Source: a virus
Taxonomy: Duplodnaviria > Caudoviricetes
DNA: 28,136 bases
Direction: 5' to 3' (one strand)
IMG/VR virus record: IMGVR_UViG_3300005805_000358
Location: 1 to 28,136 of that record
Below are positions 16,963 to 25,488 of this stretch, in pieces. Under the pieces are notes generated by a model, which saw only the letters and a program-made list of their open reading frames with translations, did no database searches and was not told the origin of the DNA. A program made the translations under genes and the position numbers. Positions within the stretch are counted from its first letter, which is position 1, and each line of letters begins with the position of its first letter.

Positions 16963-17902
16963 GTATGTAAATCTTAGATGATTCAATTATTTTTTTGCAA
17001 TTAAACATCATATCTTGAGGATGTTTTTTGTATTTTTCAATGTGAAAAGGCAAATCGTCTTCTTTCAGTCTTCTAGATCCTAAAATCATGGCATTTTCAT
17101 AAAAATGATATGATTTTTCATACTTGTCTAACGAATAATATATGTCACCTAATAAACACCAAAACTCTGCCATTAATGGTTTTTCAAGAATAATTTCAAA
17201 AAGTATTTTAGATGCTTCTTGATAGTTTTTTTCCACATACGCATATGTCATCGCAAGATAATATTTAGTCATGTAATATGATGTGTTTTTGTTTTTTTCC
17301 AAAAAAAGATAATATTTAGATGTTCTTATGAAGTCTTGAAATTTGTTGTTGCTCAAATAAAGACAACTTAAATAGTAATGAGTTTGTGCTGAAAATGGTT
17401 TTTCTTTCATCCATTTTTTTATAATGTTTAAATTTTCATCAAATCTTTGAATCGTGTGGGATTTAAGATAAATTTCGCTTTGTTTTGCATCATTTATAAC
17501 ATATTCATATACTGGATTTGTAAATTTGCATTGCTTGTTTATGATTCGAATTGGTTTTGTTACAATTTTTTCTTGCATCAAATTAATTTTGGCACAATGA
17601 TTTTTTTCCACAAAATCTAATATTGTATTTGTGTTTTTTATGAAAATTTCATTAGCGTTTATAAAAAACATCCATTCTGTATCGCACTCCAAAATTAATT
17701 CATTTTTTAATTTTGAATAATCATTATAAAAAGCCATTTTTAGGGTTTTAAAACCTGAATTTTCGGCTATTTTTAAACTATCATCAGAACTAGAAAAATC
17801 AGCAATTAATATATCGGAATTGGCACAAACGCATGAATCAATACATTCTTTTAATGTTTTTTCATTATTTCTGCTTGTTATGACGAAGGTAAATTTCTTC
17901 AT
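16952..17902 (-). CDS. GT2 glycosyltransferase-like domain fused to TPR repeats (degenerate DxD)
   Basis: VITSRNNEKTLKECIDS, IADFSSSDDS, DYSKLKN and WMFFINANE (canonical LDADE); TPR helices HYYLSCLY, YYLAMTY and WCLLGDIYY. Confidence 0.8.
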   Translation of the reverse strand: MKKFTFVITSRNNEKTLKECIDSCVCANSDILIADFSSSDDSLKIAENSGFKTLKMAFYNDYSKLKNELILECDTEWMFFINANEIFIKNTNTILDFVEKNHCAKINLMQEKIVTKPIRIINKQCKFTNPVYEYVINDAKQSEIYLKSHTIQRFDENLNIIKKWMKEKPFSAQTHYYLSCLYLSNNKFQDFIRTSKYYLFLEKNKNTSYYMTKYYLAMTYAYVEKNYQEASKILFEIILEKPLMAEFWCLLGDIYYSLDKYEKSYHFYENAMILGSRRLKEDDLPFHIEKYKKHPQDMMFNCKKIIESSKIYIPNK

Positions 17903-18047
17903 TAAACTTCATTTTTATAAGATATTGATATGCCAGTGCTTCTTGGTTTTTCCCATTCTGATTATAATACAGACATAGTTCTTTGTAAAATTTTGGCAAA
18001 TTAGGATTTTCTATGATACCCAACATTATTTCAGATAAATTTGACAA
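17865..18047 (-). CDS. Small helical (TPR-like) protein
   Basis: 60 aa; TTG start with AGGAG 5 nt upstream (18053-18057); ENPNLPKFYKELCLYYNQNGKNQEA resembles one TPR unit. Confidence 0.6.
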   Translation of the reverse strand: MSNLSEIMLGIIENPNLPKFYKELCLYYNQNGKNQEALAYQYLIKMKFNEEIYLRHNKQK

Positions 18048-18897
18048 ATTTGCTCCTGTGAAAAATGTTTTAACTCAAAAAAAACCATGGGAAGGATATG
18101 TTAAAATAAAACCTTGGGATTTTAAGGTAACTGCAGTAATTCCCGTTTTGGACACATTCGAACAACTTAATATATGTATTAAACTTTTAAAAGAGCAATC
18201 TTGCCCTCCATTTATAACAGTAATAGACACTGGCAGTAATATCGATGAATTTGAAAAAATTTGTTCGCTTAGATCGGATGATGTAGAAGTTCATAGTCTA
18301 AAATTCAATGGTTTGTTGCATCCTAGCGATTTCCCAGCTATAGCTATGGATTTTGCTTTTTCATCATGTAGAACACCTTATTTGTTTGCAACGCATGCAG
18401 ATGTATTTTTAAGAAACATAAATTTATTGCAAGAAATGATAGAACTATGTCAAAAAAAATCATCTGTAGTTGGATATGAAATATCTCCAAGAGCGCATGA
18501 AGACTGGCATGGGATGGTATCTCATACTGCTACTATGTATGATATTAAGATTATGGATAAAATAGGTTTTGGTTGGTCTTTAAGAAGACTTTGTAACATA
18601 TTTAATATTAAAGATTCAAAACCAGATCCAACAAGACCTTGCTGGCCCGATACAGAATTGTTGGGAAATTATATTCTTAGATCTAATAAGATTGAACCTT
18701 TTCTAATTGGAACTGAGGAAAATTTTAAAAGAACGATAGATAAGAATATTGATCATTTTAGAAGTTTTACTTCAGGAAAATTGTACAGCCGTTCCTACTA
18801 TAAGTTATGCAGTATTTGGTATGAAGAGGCCAAGAACCAAGCTCTAGAAAGAATTGAAGAATGGAAGAAAGAAAATTTAAAAAAATTTAATGTGTAA
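18013..18897 (+). CDS. GT2-family glycosyltransferase (start uncertain, possibly GTG18058)
   Basis: VTAVIPVLD, LLKEQ, ITVIDTGS, AIAMD, YLFATHADVF and DTE. Confidence 0.8.
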   Translation: MIPNIISDKFDKFAPVKNVLTQKKPWEGYVKIKPWDFKVTAVIPVLDTFEQLNICIKLLKEQSCPPFITVIDTGSNIDEFEKICSLRSDDVEVHSLKFNGLLHPSDFPAIAMDFAFSSCRTPYLFATHADVFLRNINLLQEMIELCQKKSSVVGYEISPRAHEDWHGMVSHTATMYDIKIMDKIGFGWSLRRLCNIFNIKDSKPDPTRPCWPDTELLGNYILRSNKIEPFLIGTEENFKRTIDKNIDHFRSFTSGKLYSRSYYKLCSIWYEEAKNQALERIEEWKKENLKKFNV

Positions 18898-18911
18898 ATA
18901 TAAGGAGCTTA

Positions 18912-19454
18912 ATGGCTAATGAATACCTTAACAATAAAAATTTTGAAGTATTAATTTCTGAATTTATCAAGATTAAAAGAAACAAAGTTAAGTTTGAAAC
19001 ACTTCTTGAAGAAATAAAAGCTACAGAAGAAAGAACAGCAAAAAGAGAAAATTTCGTTCGTCCTGAATCATGGGATGCTTACGAAAGAGAATTCAAATTT
19101 TATTTAGGCGAGTACAACAAATTAAAAGACAAATTAACAACTGCTTTTTATTTGTTGTCTGAAAACATTGTAAGATATAGAAAATTTAATCTGATTGATC
19201 CTGATGATGCAATTCAAGAAGGTGTTCTTATATGTTTTGAAAAAGTTGATAGATTTGATCCTAGCAAAGGCAAAGCTTTTAACTATATGACAACTTGTAT
19301 CATAAATCATTTTAGACAGTTATATAGAACAGCTAGAAATTACAATGAGCTTAAAAAAAAATATCAGGATCATCTGAGCATCAGTCTGGAACATAAACCA
19401 AATCACAAACAAGGTAAAGGAATCTATAAAAATCATTATTCAAATGAAAGATAA
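18912..19454 (+). CDS. Phage RNA polymerase sigma factor, T4 gp55 (late sigma)-like
   Basis: YLNNKNF N-terminus; region-2-like DDAIQEGVLICFEKVDRFDPSKGKAFNYMTTCIINHF; no region-4 HTH; AAGGAG RBS. Confidence 0.82.
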   Translation: MANEYLNNKNFEVLISEFIKIKRNKVKFETLLEEIKATEERTAKRENFVRPESWDAYEREFKFYLGEYNKLKDKLTTAFYLLSENIVRYRKFNLIDPDDAIQEGVLICFEKVDRFDPSKGKAFNYMTTCIINHFRQLYRTARNYNELKKKYQDHLSISLEHKPNHKQGKGIYKNHYSNER

Positions 19455-19466
19455 TTTTTTATAGAC

Positions 19467-19495
19467 TTGAAAAGTTTTTGTATTTTTCTTATATT
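19467..19495 (+). promoter_or_regulatory. Candidate sigma70-type promoter
   Basis: TTGAAA (19467-19472), 17-nt spacer, TATATT (19490-19495), in the intergenic gap before 19538. Confidence 0.5.
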
Positions 19496-19537
19496 TAATA
19501 TAGTGGATGTTGTATGCCACTGATTTTAAGGTAACAC

Positions 19538-19810
19538 ATGAGCAATCTTATAGAGCAACTAGAAAAACAAGAACTTATTCAAAAATTAATGATGAAAGGC
19601 TACGCACCACTTATAGATGCTTTGCTAGGTAATGAAAAAGAAGTTTATACAAAAAAAGGCAGACTCAACAAAAGCGGAGCATGTAGAGTTTTAGGATGGA
19701 AGCCCAAAGAATTAGAACAAGCTTTAGAAGCTTGTAGAGATATTTTAAAAAATGATTTGTTTTTCACTACAAGTGATGAAGATGAAGACGAAGAAGATGA
19801 TGATGATTAA
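19538..19810 (+). CDS. Small HTH-like protein with acidic tail
   Basis: RLNKSGACRVLGWKPKELEQAL fits a helix-turn-helix; C-terminal DEDEDEEDDDD; AAGG RBS. Confidence 0.7.
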   Translation: MSNLIEQLEKQELIQKLMMKGYAPLIDALLGNEKEVYTKKGRLNKSGACRVLGWKPKELEQALEACRDILKNDLFFTTSDEDEDEEDDDD

Positions 19811-20319
19811 ACCTGCACAAAATAAGCTCTGTCATATCTAAGGGATAAATCTACATATATGACTGCAGAGTCGCTATGATCTAATTCTCCAAAGTCTATG
19901 GATTCTGGATACATATTTTCAAAAACCCATTTTTCAATTATGTTTCCACAACCATCATATAATTCTAATGTGCCTTCTTTTTTAAAACCATCAGTTGCTG
20001 TAAGCAAATTTACAGCAGAAGAAGTAACTTCGTAATATAATTTTACCCAATCTAAAACTGGATGATTGTTTTTCTTTAAGTCGAATAAAGTTAAATTTAC
20101 TGGCTTCCAATCTGGCTTACCGGGAAAATAAATCGTTTCGTGTAAATGTTGAGCTTCTATACTTTTAAAACTTAAGCTGGGACGACCTGATTTTGTTGGT
20201 GGCAATGCGTTTATACCTTCTCCAGATATGTCTTTGATTTTCAATAGCCATCTATACTTGCGTTTAAAACAAGCATCTGTTTTATCTAAACCTAAACCAA
20301 AACTCATCATTTGTGCCAT
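19807..20319 (-). CDS. Tail tube protein paralogue 2 (T4 gp19-like)
   Basis: FKRKYRW, RPSL, YFPGKPDW, LYDGCG, EKW, YPESIDFGELD and LSLRYD; clearly similar to 20397..20975. Confidence 0.85.
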   Translation of the reverse strand: MAQMMSFGLGLDKTDACFKRKYRWLLKIKDISGEGINALPPTKSGRPSLSFKSIEAQHLHETIYFPGKPDWKPVNLTLFDLKKNNHPVLDWVKLYYEVTSSAVNLLTATDGFKKEGTLELYDGCGNIIEKWVFENMYPESIDFGELDHSDSAVIYVDLSLRYDRAYFVQV

Positions 20320-20337
20320 AAATTCTCCATGTAAAAA

Positions 20338-20372
20338 TAAAGCTCCGTATCTTTATAAGATTCGGAGCTTTA
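20338..20372 (-). terminator. Rho-independent terminator between the two tail tube genes
   Basis: TAAAGCTCCG-T-ATCTT-TAT-AAGAT-T-CGGAGCTTTA hairpin with a T-rich run on the minus strand (TTTATTTTT). Confidence 0.8.
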
Positions 20373-20396
20373 CAATTTTTGAAAGGATTTTTACAG

Positions 20397-20975
20397 TTAG
20401 CAACCCAAACATTGCGGATTTGGATTTGTTCCGCAAAGATTTGTGTAGATAGCTTGGTAATACCTTAAGGTCAATTCAACTGTAACTTCTTCAGAAGAAC
20501 TATAATCAAGGTCACCAAAGTTAACAGCAGATGGCCAAACGCCTCGAAGTTCCCATTGTTCGAGTTCTGTACCACAACCGTCATACATTACCAAAGTTCC
20601 CTTGCCAGCCCAACCACCATTATTGCCATCGCCTTGAATGGTAGTTTGCTTCATCATGTTTTCGCCTTGATCTTGGAAATTGTAGATGCTGGCGAGCCAA
20701 CTATAAAGCTGAGTAATACCATTGTTTTGAGAACGAGCAACATCATAGTAAGTTACCGTGATTGTTTCCCAACTTGCCTTACCCGGAATCCACATTTTTC
20801 CGTGAAGGTAGTTGATTTCCGTTTCTTCAATGGTCAAGTTTGGTCGGCTTGCTAACTTTACGAAGTTTTTGCCAACTTTCTGACCATTCCATTGTACTTC
20901 AAAAGTCCATCTATACTTTCTTTTGAAAATCAAGTTGGTGTTTGTAGCCAACTCATTTAAGTGCATTAGTGCCAT
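20397..20975 (-). CDS. Major tail tube protein (T4 gp19-like)
   Basis: Directly downstream of the sheath; FKRKYRW, RPNLTIEETEI, WIPGKASWETITVTYYD, WELRGVWPSAVNFGDLDYSS and VELTLRY. Confidence 0.9.
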   Translation of the reverse strand: MALMHLNELATNTNLIFKRKYRWTFEVQWNGQKVGKNFVKLASRPNLTIEETEINYLHGKMWIPGKASWETITVTYYDVARSQNNGITQLYSWLASIYNFQDQGENMMKQTTIQGDGNNGGWAGKGTLVMYDGCGTELEQWELRGVWPSAVNFGDLDYSSSEEVTVELTLRYYQAIYTNLCGTNPNPQCLGC

Positions 20976-20998
20976 TTTTTATATTCTCCTTTCAAAAA

Positions 20999-23371
20999 TT
21001 AAAATGCATCTGTGGTTTCGCTGAAGTCAGATCCAGTTCGATGAATACTAAATTCAAGGAACATAAATTCAACTGCTCTGGTTGGCTGAACACCAATTCT
21101 TGCCCTAAACTCATTTCTATCGATTACATCGGGAGTATTAAGTTCAGCATCTGCCTTAATCTTAAAGGCCGTGATACCTCGGTCAGTCAAAACTTCCTGA
21201 AGAACCAAAGTTGCAATTCGAACAAATTCTGCTCTAAACTGTTCATCATGTGGTTCGAACAAGAGAATACGAGACTTTGCTTTAATTTGTTTTTCAATGT
21301 AGAACATCAAGCGTCTTACATTTACACGATCAAGAGCAGTGGGTCGTCTCTGCATAGTCTTTTGACCCCAAACTACGAAGCCCTCGGTGTCAACAAATTG
21401 TACGATAGGATTGATGCAATTCCTGTATCCATACATAAGATCTCTTTCTTCTTGAGAAGGACGAGAGTATACATCATTGATACCGGGAACTAAACCACGA
21501 GTAATACCAGCAGGAGCAAACCAAGGACGAGCCAAGCGATCACTCTGTGCGTATACTGCCATGATAGAACCACTAGGTGGTGCCCATACATCAACTCTAT
21601 TGTAATTGTCACGAATACGAACCCATGGCCAGTACAAGGCACCAAAATCACTGTCAAACCTTGTGCTGTTTAATGGATGGGTTCCATTTTGCCATGCTAT
21701 AATTTCATTTACAGTCAAACCGAAAGGAGCATCAATAATAGCCATGCAATCCTGACGGAAGTTTTGACACATGTAAAGCAATTCGGTTACAACTGTTGTG
21801 CTGCTATGTCCGGGAACTGCGATTAAGTCGATATCATACTGTTCAGATTCAGATACAGCATAAATACCACTGTAAGATACAGAACTACCGATTAACAGAG
21901 CGTCTTGTGTGTCGGGATCAGATGGAATACCATCAGAACCACCAGCAAGATCATAAGTGCCATCGGCTGGACCAGCTAACACCTCAGTGTTGTCCACAGC
22001 ACGAATATAATCAGATACTAATGTCAAGTAGCTACCAATATAGAAGGTGCTAGTTGCATCTTTAGTAAGCTGACCCCAAGATTCTACTTGGCTACCATTG
22101 TTGTAAACTTCTAAAACCCAGTTGCTATCACGAGTATTGTTCTTGACAACAACTTGTGTATAATTTCCTTCGATACCTACGGTATCGGCTGTTACAGTAA
22201 AGGTTACATCTCCAGCGGTGTTTTCATCGCCATTGATACGACCAAAAGTTTCGATTGCGGTAGCACCAGTTGTTCCCGAAGGACTTTCACCACTAGCTGT
22301 TGTAGTGGGGATACCGAAAATTAATTCTCCAGTGCTATCTGGTTTAATACGCATTCTGGCATCACGACCACTATGAAGTGTTTCGAATTTAAGTGAAGTG
22401 CCACCAGATACAGATGCAACCCAACCACCGGGGAGATCTCCACCTTCGGAAGTTCTTTGTGCATTTATTGCATCTACGATAGCGTTGATGTCAACATCGT
22501 TAACACCGTCAAAAGCAGACAAATCAATGACTTGAACAACATTGTCAATAAGAACATTATCTGTTCCATCGATTACAATATTAAGGTTGATACCAGACAA
22601 AGTTGTGAAATCGTATATACCAGATGCCATATAGGTAACATTTGGATATCGAGAAACTGTGCCAGTAATAGTGGCGGGTAGCATGTCAGTGCCAAGACCC
22701 GTAGAACCTTCTGGACCATAAATCGCATTTTGCACAGATACAAATTCAAGTTCGGCAGATGGACCGTATGCCCAAAGGGTTTTCACGGCAATGGTGTCTG
22801 GAACTGGAGCAGTGCTAGCAGTCTTGTAGAATTGAATTCCATCATTTTGGAAATCTAACTGATCGTTCAACAAGGTTACTAATTGATCGGTTGTATAGCC
22901 AACAACATCTTCTGGTACTAATAGAATTTTTTCGCTTAGAACTCCATTGAGTCTCCATCTGAAAAAACTGTCAGCATCAAAAGTGTAAGGTCCAGTTGTG
23001 TCGGACTCTACTTCAATGATTGTACCAGCAGCAGGAACTTCAATTTCTGCAAGAGTTGCAGATTCATCGCTTACAGGATCAGTATCTGCAACACGAATAA
23101 CATAAAGTTCATTTGCAACTAAAAGATATGATTCTGCAGCGTAGATCAAATATGGATCTCCGCTTTCAGGATGAGGATTGCCAAAGGTTCTGCGAAGTTG
23201 TCTTTGGCTAGCTATTACAGTAGGAATATTGATTGGTCCTTTACTTGCGAAACCAACCAAAGCTGCTCGGTGCAGCGTTTGCTCTGGCAGAACAAAGCTT
23301 AAGTCCTTTTCGGCAATGCGAACACTTGGACTAATTGTGTTTGATGGTGGAAACCCTCTGAGTATCGCCAT
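20999..23371 (-). CDS. Contractile tail sheath protein (T4 gp18-like)
   Basis: SPSVRIAEKD, GFASKGP, LAGGSDG, LYWPW, PPSG, WFAPAG, INPIV, WGQKT, RVNVRRL, LFEPHD and QPTRAVEF. Confidence 0.95.
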   Translation of the reverse strand: MAILRGFPPSNTISPSVRIAEKDLSFVLPEQTLHRAALVGFASKGPINIPTVIASQRQLRRTFGNPHPESGDPYLIYAAESYLLVANELYVIRVADTDPVSDESATLAEIEVPAAGTIIEVESDTTGPYTFDADSFFRWRLNGVLSEKILLVPEDVVGYTTDQLVTLLNDQLDFQNDGIQFYKTASTAPVPDTIAVKTLWAYGPSAELEFVSVQNAIYGPEGSTGLGTDMLPATITGTVSRYPNVTYMASGIYDFTTLSGINLNIVIDGTDNVLIDNVVQVIDLSAFDGVNDVDINAIVDAINAQRTSEGGDLPGGWVASVSGGTSLKFETLHSGRDARMRIKPDSTGELIFGIPTTTASGESPSGTTGATAIETFGRINGDENTAGDVTFTVTADTVGIEGNYTQVVVKNNTRDSNWVLEVYNNGSQVESWGQLTKDATSTFYIGSYLTLVSDYIRAVDNTEVLAGPADGTYDLAGGSDGIPSDPDTQDALLIGSSVSYSGIYAVSESEQYDIDLIAVPGHSSTTVVTELLYMCQNFRQDCMAIIDAPFGLTVNEIIAWQNGTHPLNSTRFDSDFGALYWPWVRIRDNYNRVDVWAPPSGSIMAVYAQSDRLARPWFAPAGITRGLVPGINDVYSRPSQEERDLMYGYRNCINPIVQFVDTEGFVVWGQKTMQRRPTALDRVNVRRLMFYIEKQIKAKSRILLFEPHDEQFRAEFVRIATLVLQEVLTDRGITAFKIKADAELNTPDVIDRNEFRARIGVQPTRAVEFMFLEFSIHRTGSDFSETTDAF

Positions 23372-23374
23372 AGT

Positions 23375-23602
23375 CTATTCTCCCTTTTTTAACAAAATAT
23401 TGTTCGGTACATACTTGACAGATATAAGTCCGTCATTTACTGCTCTGTCTATATATTCAGTTGCTCGTTCATCTTCTAAATAAAAAATATTTTTTCCACA
23501 TCCTATGCCCGGAATATTCAGAGTTGTGAACGCACGAGGAGCCTTCCTTGACCTTATAATCAATTGGACTGGAAATCGATGCTTGTTCTTAATTTCTAAC
23601 AT
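23375..23602 (-). CDS. Small hypothetical protein in the tail operon
   Basis: 75 aa between the gp15-like and sheath genes; AAGGA RBS; its 3' end carries the sheath RBS. Confidence 0.75.
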   Translation of the reverse strand: MLEIKNKHRFPVQLIIRSRKAPRAFTTLNIPGIGCGKNIFYLEDERATEYIDRAVNDGLISVKYVPNNILLKKGE

Positions 23603-24588
23603 TTAAGTTCCTTTGCAGTTTCTTCCAATCTCGCCATAACCTGCTGAATCTCATTCTCTTCAAGACCGTCTACAAAATCGACTTTGGTCTTAAGAACAGC
23701 TTTTTGTCTAGTGATCGGTTGAGGAATATATGTTTCAGTTGTCATATTAAACTGATACTTAAGTACTCGTATTGCCTGATCTCCGGGTTCGTAATCTAAA
23801 TTATTGGCAATAGAATCAAGCTTAACAATAACCTCATATGGTACACCAGTTACACTTATATATGCCGTTTGGCTGAATTTTAGCAAAATTTGTTCTAAAA
23901 TTTGATTCATATCTTCAACATATAATGTCCAAGCATATAAAGTATATGAAATATCCACTGGAATACCACGAGCAAAACCAAAAACAGTATCACGATTATA
24001 TTTTTCATCCATGGTAAAACCGGGCTTATTATCTTCTCGTAAATATCTTCTGTAATCTAATGCTTTGTGGTACACATATCGATTTGTATTGAATTGAATG
24101 TCAGTATCATGAATTGCTAACATAGGAAGTTTAATTCGATCAACTACCAAAGTTTCATCTTTGCGAACATTATCTAATAAAATTGCTGCAACAGCTTTTT
24201 CTTGAGTACCCCAAATAATTGGAATGGGATGAGCTTTTGCATTTTCATCAATCACAACAACATCAGTAAACAAATCTCTCATTGCGTCATCACAACCACG
24301 CTTAGCTTTTGAGTAACGATAAATTGTATTACGATTAGGTTTGTTGGGATCGTTTAAAATATTTCCACTTTGCATGGGATCGCAATTTGCATTAGATCCT
24401 AATCCAACTTTTTTGTTAGTTGTATCTTTTAACCAGTTTAAAGATTCGTCATTTACTTGGCGAAAATTTGGCGTATTTGATCCAGCTTCGCAATTTGGTG
24501 GAAAGGAATCCAAATTCTCATTATAATTTATTGGACTCTTATCATTACACTCATTTAAATTTTTTGATGGATGATTAATATCGTTCAT
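23596..24588 (-). CDS. Tail completion / sheath terminator protein (T4 gp15-like)
   Basis: IPIIWGTQEK, KLPMLAI, IPVDISYTL and DMNQILEQILLKF; upstream of the sheath. ATG24588 has GGAAAGGA upstream. Confidence 0.78.
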   Translation of the reverse strand: MNDINHPSKNLNECNDKSPINYNENLDSFPPNCEAGSNTPNFRQVNDESLNWLKDTTNKKVGLGSNANCDPMQSGNILNDPNKPNRNTIYRYSKAKRGCDDAMRDLFTDVVVIDENAKAHPIPIIWGTQEKAVAAILLDNVRKDETLVVDRIKLPMLAIHDTDIQFNTNRYVYHKALDYRRYLREDNKPGFTMDEKYNRDTVFGFARGIPVDISYTLYAWTLYVEDMNQILEQILLKFSQTAYISVTGVPYEVIVKLDSIANNLDYEPGDQAIRVLKYQFNMTTETYIPQPITRQKAVLKTKVDFVDGLEENEIQQVMARLEETAKELKC

Positions 24589-24603
24589 TTTTTTCCTTTC
24601 CAA

Positions 24604-24611
24604 TATTTATG
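24604..24611 (-). promoter_or_regulatory. Candidate late promoter CATAAATA heading the tail operon
   Basis: TATTTATG on the plus strand in the short divergent gap, just upstream of the gp15-like RBS. Confidence 0.5.
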
Positions 24612-24627
24612 GAGTTAAGCACAGAAA

Positions 24628-25488
24628 ATGTCTGAAACTATTAGAGTAAAGTATCGCTCATGGCATTTAGGAAAACCGCCAAAACCAATAAAACTTCAAA
24701 TTCCCGGTTGGAGTGGTTGTGATCATACGCATACCACTGGTAGCAAAGCACAACCATGGCATTGTCAGCCTTTTGTAGATGGTTCAACTTATGGCATGGA
24801 ATTACTGTTTCCTTTTGAGACTGAATTTCAAGCTATAATGCGTGACGGTAAAATGCATTTTGAAGGTGATTTTGAAGCTGAAAATGAAATCACTAAATCA
24901 CAAGGTGTGCAACTGCCTCCGTTTGCTTGTTTTGCAGACGGACATTTTGGTATGACTTCATGTTTAGATATAGAGGTTCCAGATGGGTATGTTTTAAGGC
25001 TTGAATCTCATCCAAGATTTTACACAGATACTACTAACACAGTACCTTGTGTGGTACCGGGACATTTGCAAACAAGTTGGTGGACAAAAATATTTTTTGT
25101 AGTGTTTAAGAATCCTGTTGAAGGACAAAAATATATTTTTAAAAAAGATGAACCTTATGCCCAGATTTTAATTTTACCAAAAAAAGTCTCTTATGAAGTA
25201 GAGAAAATGACAGAACATGAAGTTTTTAAACGAGGCTCTCAAGATGGTATTATTGCAGATCACGCAAGATCTATTGCTGGACAAACATGGATTTCTGAGG
25301 GTGGACACCAGTTTGATGACAAGTATAAAAAATTAGCGTCCATAGCTGCAAAAATGGGATGCCCTCATGTGCAAGAACATTTAGAATCTATAAAATCAAA
25401 ACCTAAAAGTAAAATATCAAGATTTCTTGTAAAAGGAAAAAATGAAAATCCCAGCATTCAAATTGAAAAAAAAGACCAACAGTTATAA
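24628..25488 (+). CDS. Hypothetical protein with dUTPase-like / DUF6065-like fold
   Basis: HCQPFVDGSTYGMELLFP, IEVPDGYVL, PGHLQTSW and FKKDEPYAQILILP follow dUTPase-like motif spacing but lack the RS, IDxDY and RGxxGFGS catalytic motifs. Confidence 0.5.
   Translation: MSETIRVKYRSWHLGKPPKPIKLQIPGWSGCDHTHTTGSKAQPWHCQPFVDGSTYGMELLFPFETEFQAIMRDGKMHFEGDFEAENEITKSQGVQLPPFACFADGHFGMTSCLDIEVPDGYVLRLESHPRFYTDTTNTVPCVVPGHLQTSWWTKIFFVVFKNPVEGQKYIFKKDEPYAQILILPKKVSYEVEKMTEHEVFKRGSQDGIIADHARSIAGQTWISEGGHQFDDKYKKLASIAAKMGCPHVQEHLESIKSKPKSKISRFLVKGKNENPSIQIEKKDQQL

Noticed and set aside
18041-18046. Perfect TTGACA -35 hexamer
   Set aside because: No -10 at 16-18 nt spacing; it is explained as the reverse complement of the start of the 60-aa gene.
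19775-19807. GAT/GAA trinucleotide-like repeat
   Set aside because: It simply encodes the acidic tail of the HTH protein and is not an independent repeat element.
20969-21493. 174-aa plus-strand ORF and other short antisense or nested ORFs in the track (e.g. 816-1127, 8727-9056, 12621-12914, 23178-23483, 27346-27672)
   Set aside because: They are shadows of well-supported genes, with no RBS or protein-like motifs.
19807-24588. Bacterial contractile injection system or tailocin rather than a phage
   Set aside because: The neck protein, gp55-like sigma, gp46/47, RNR and resolvase alongside the tail genes fit a large lytic phage genome.
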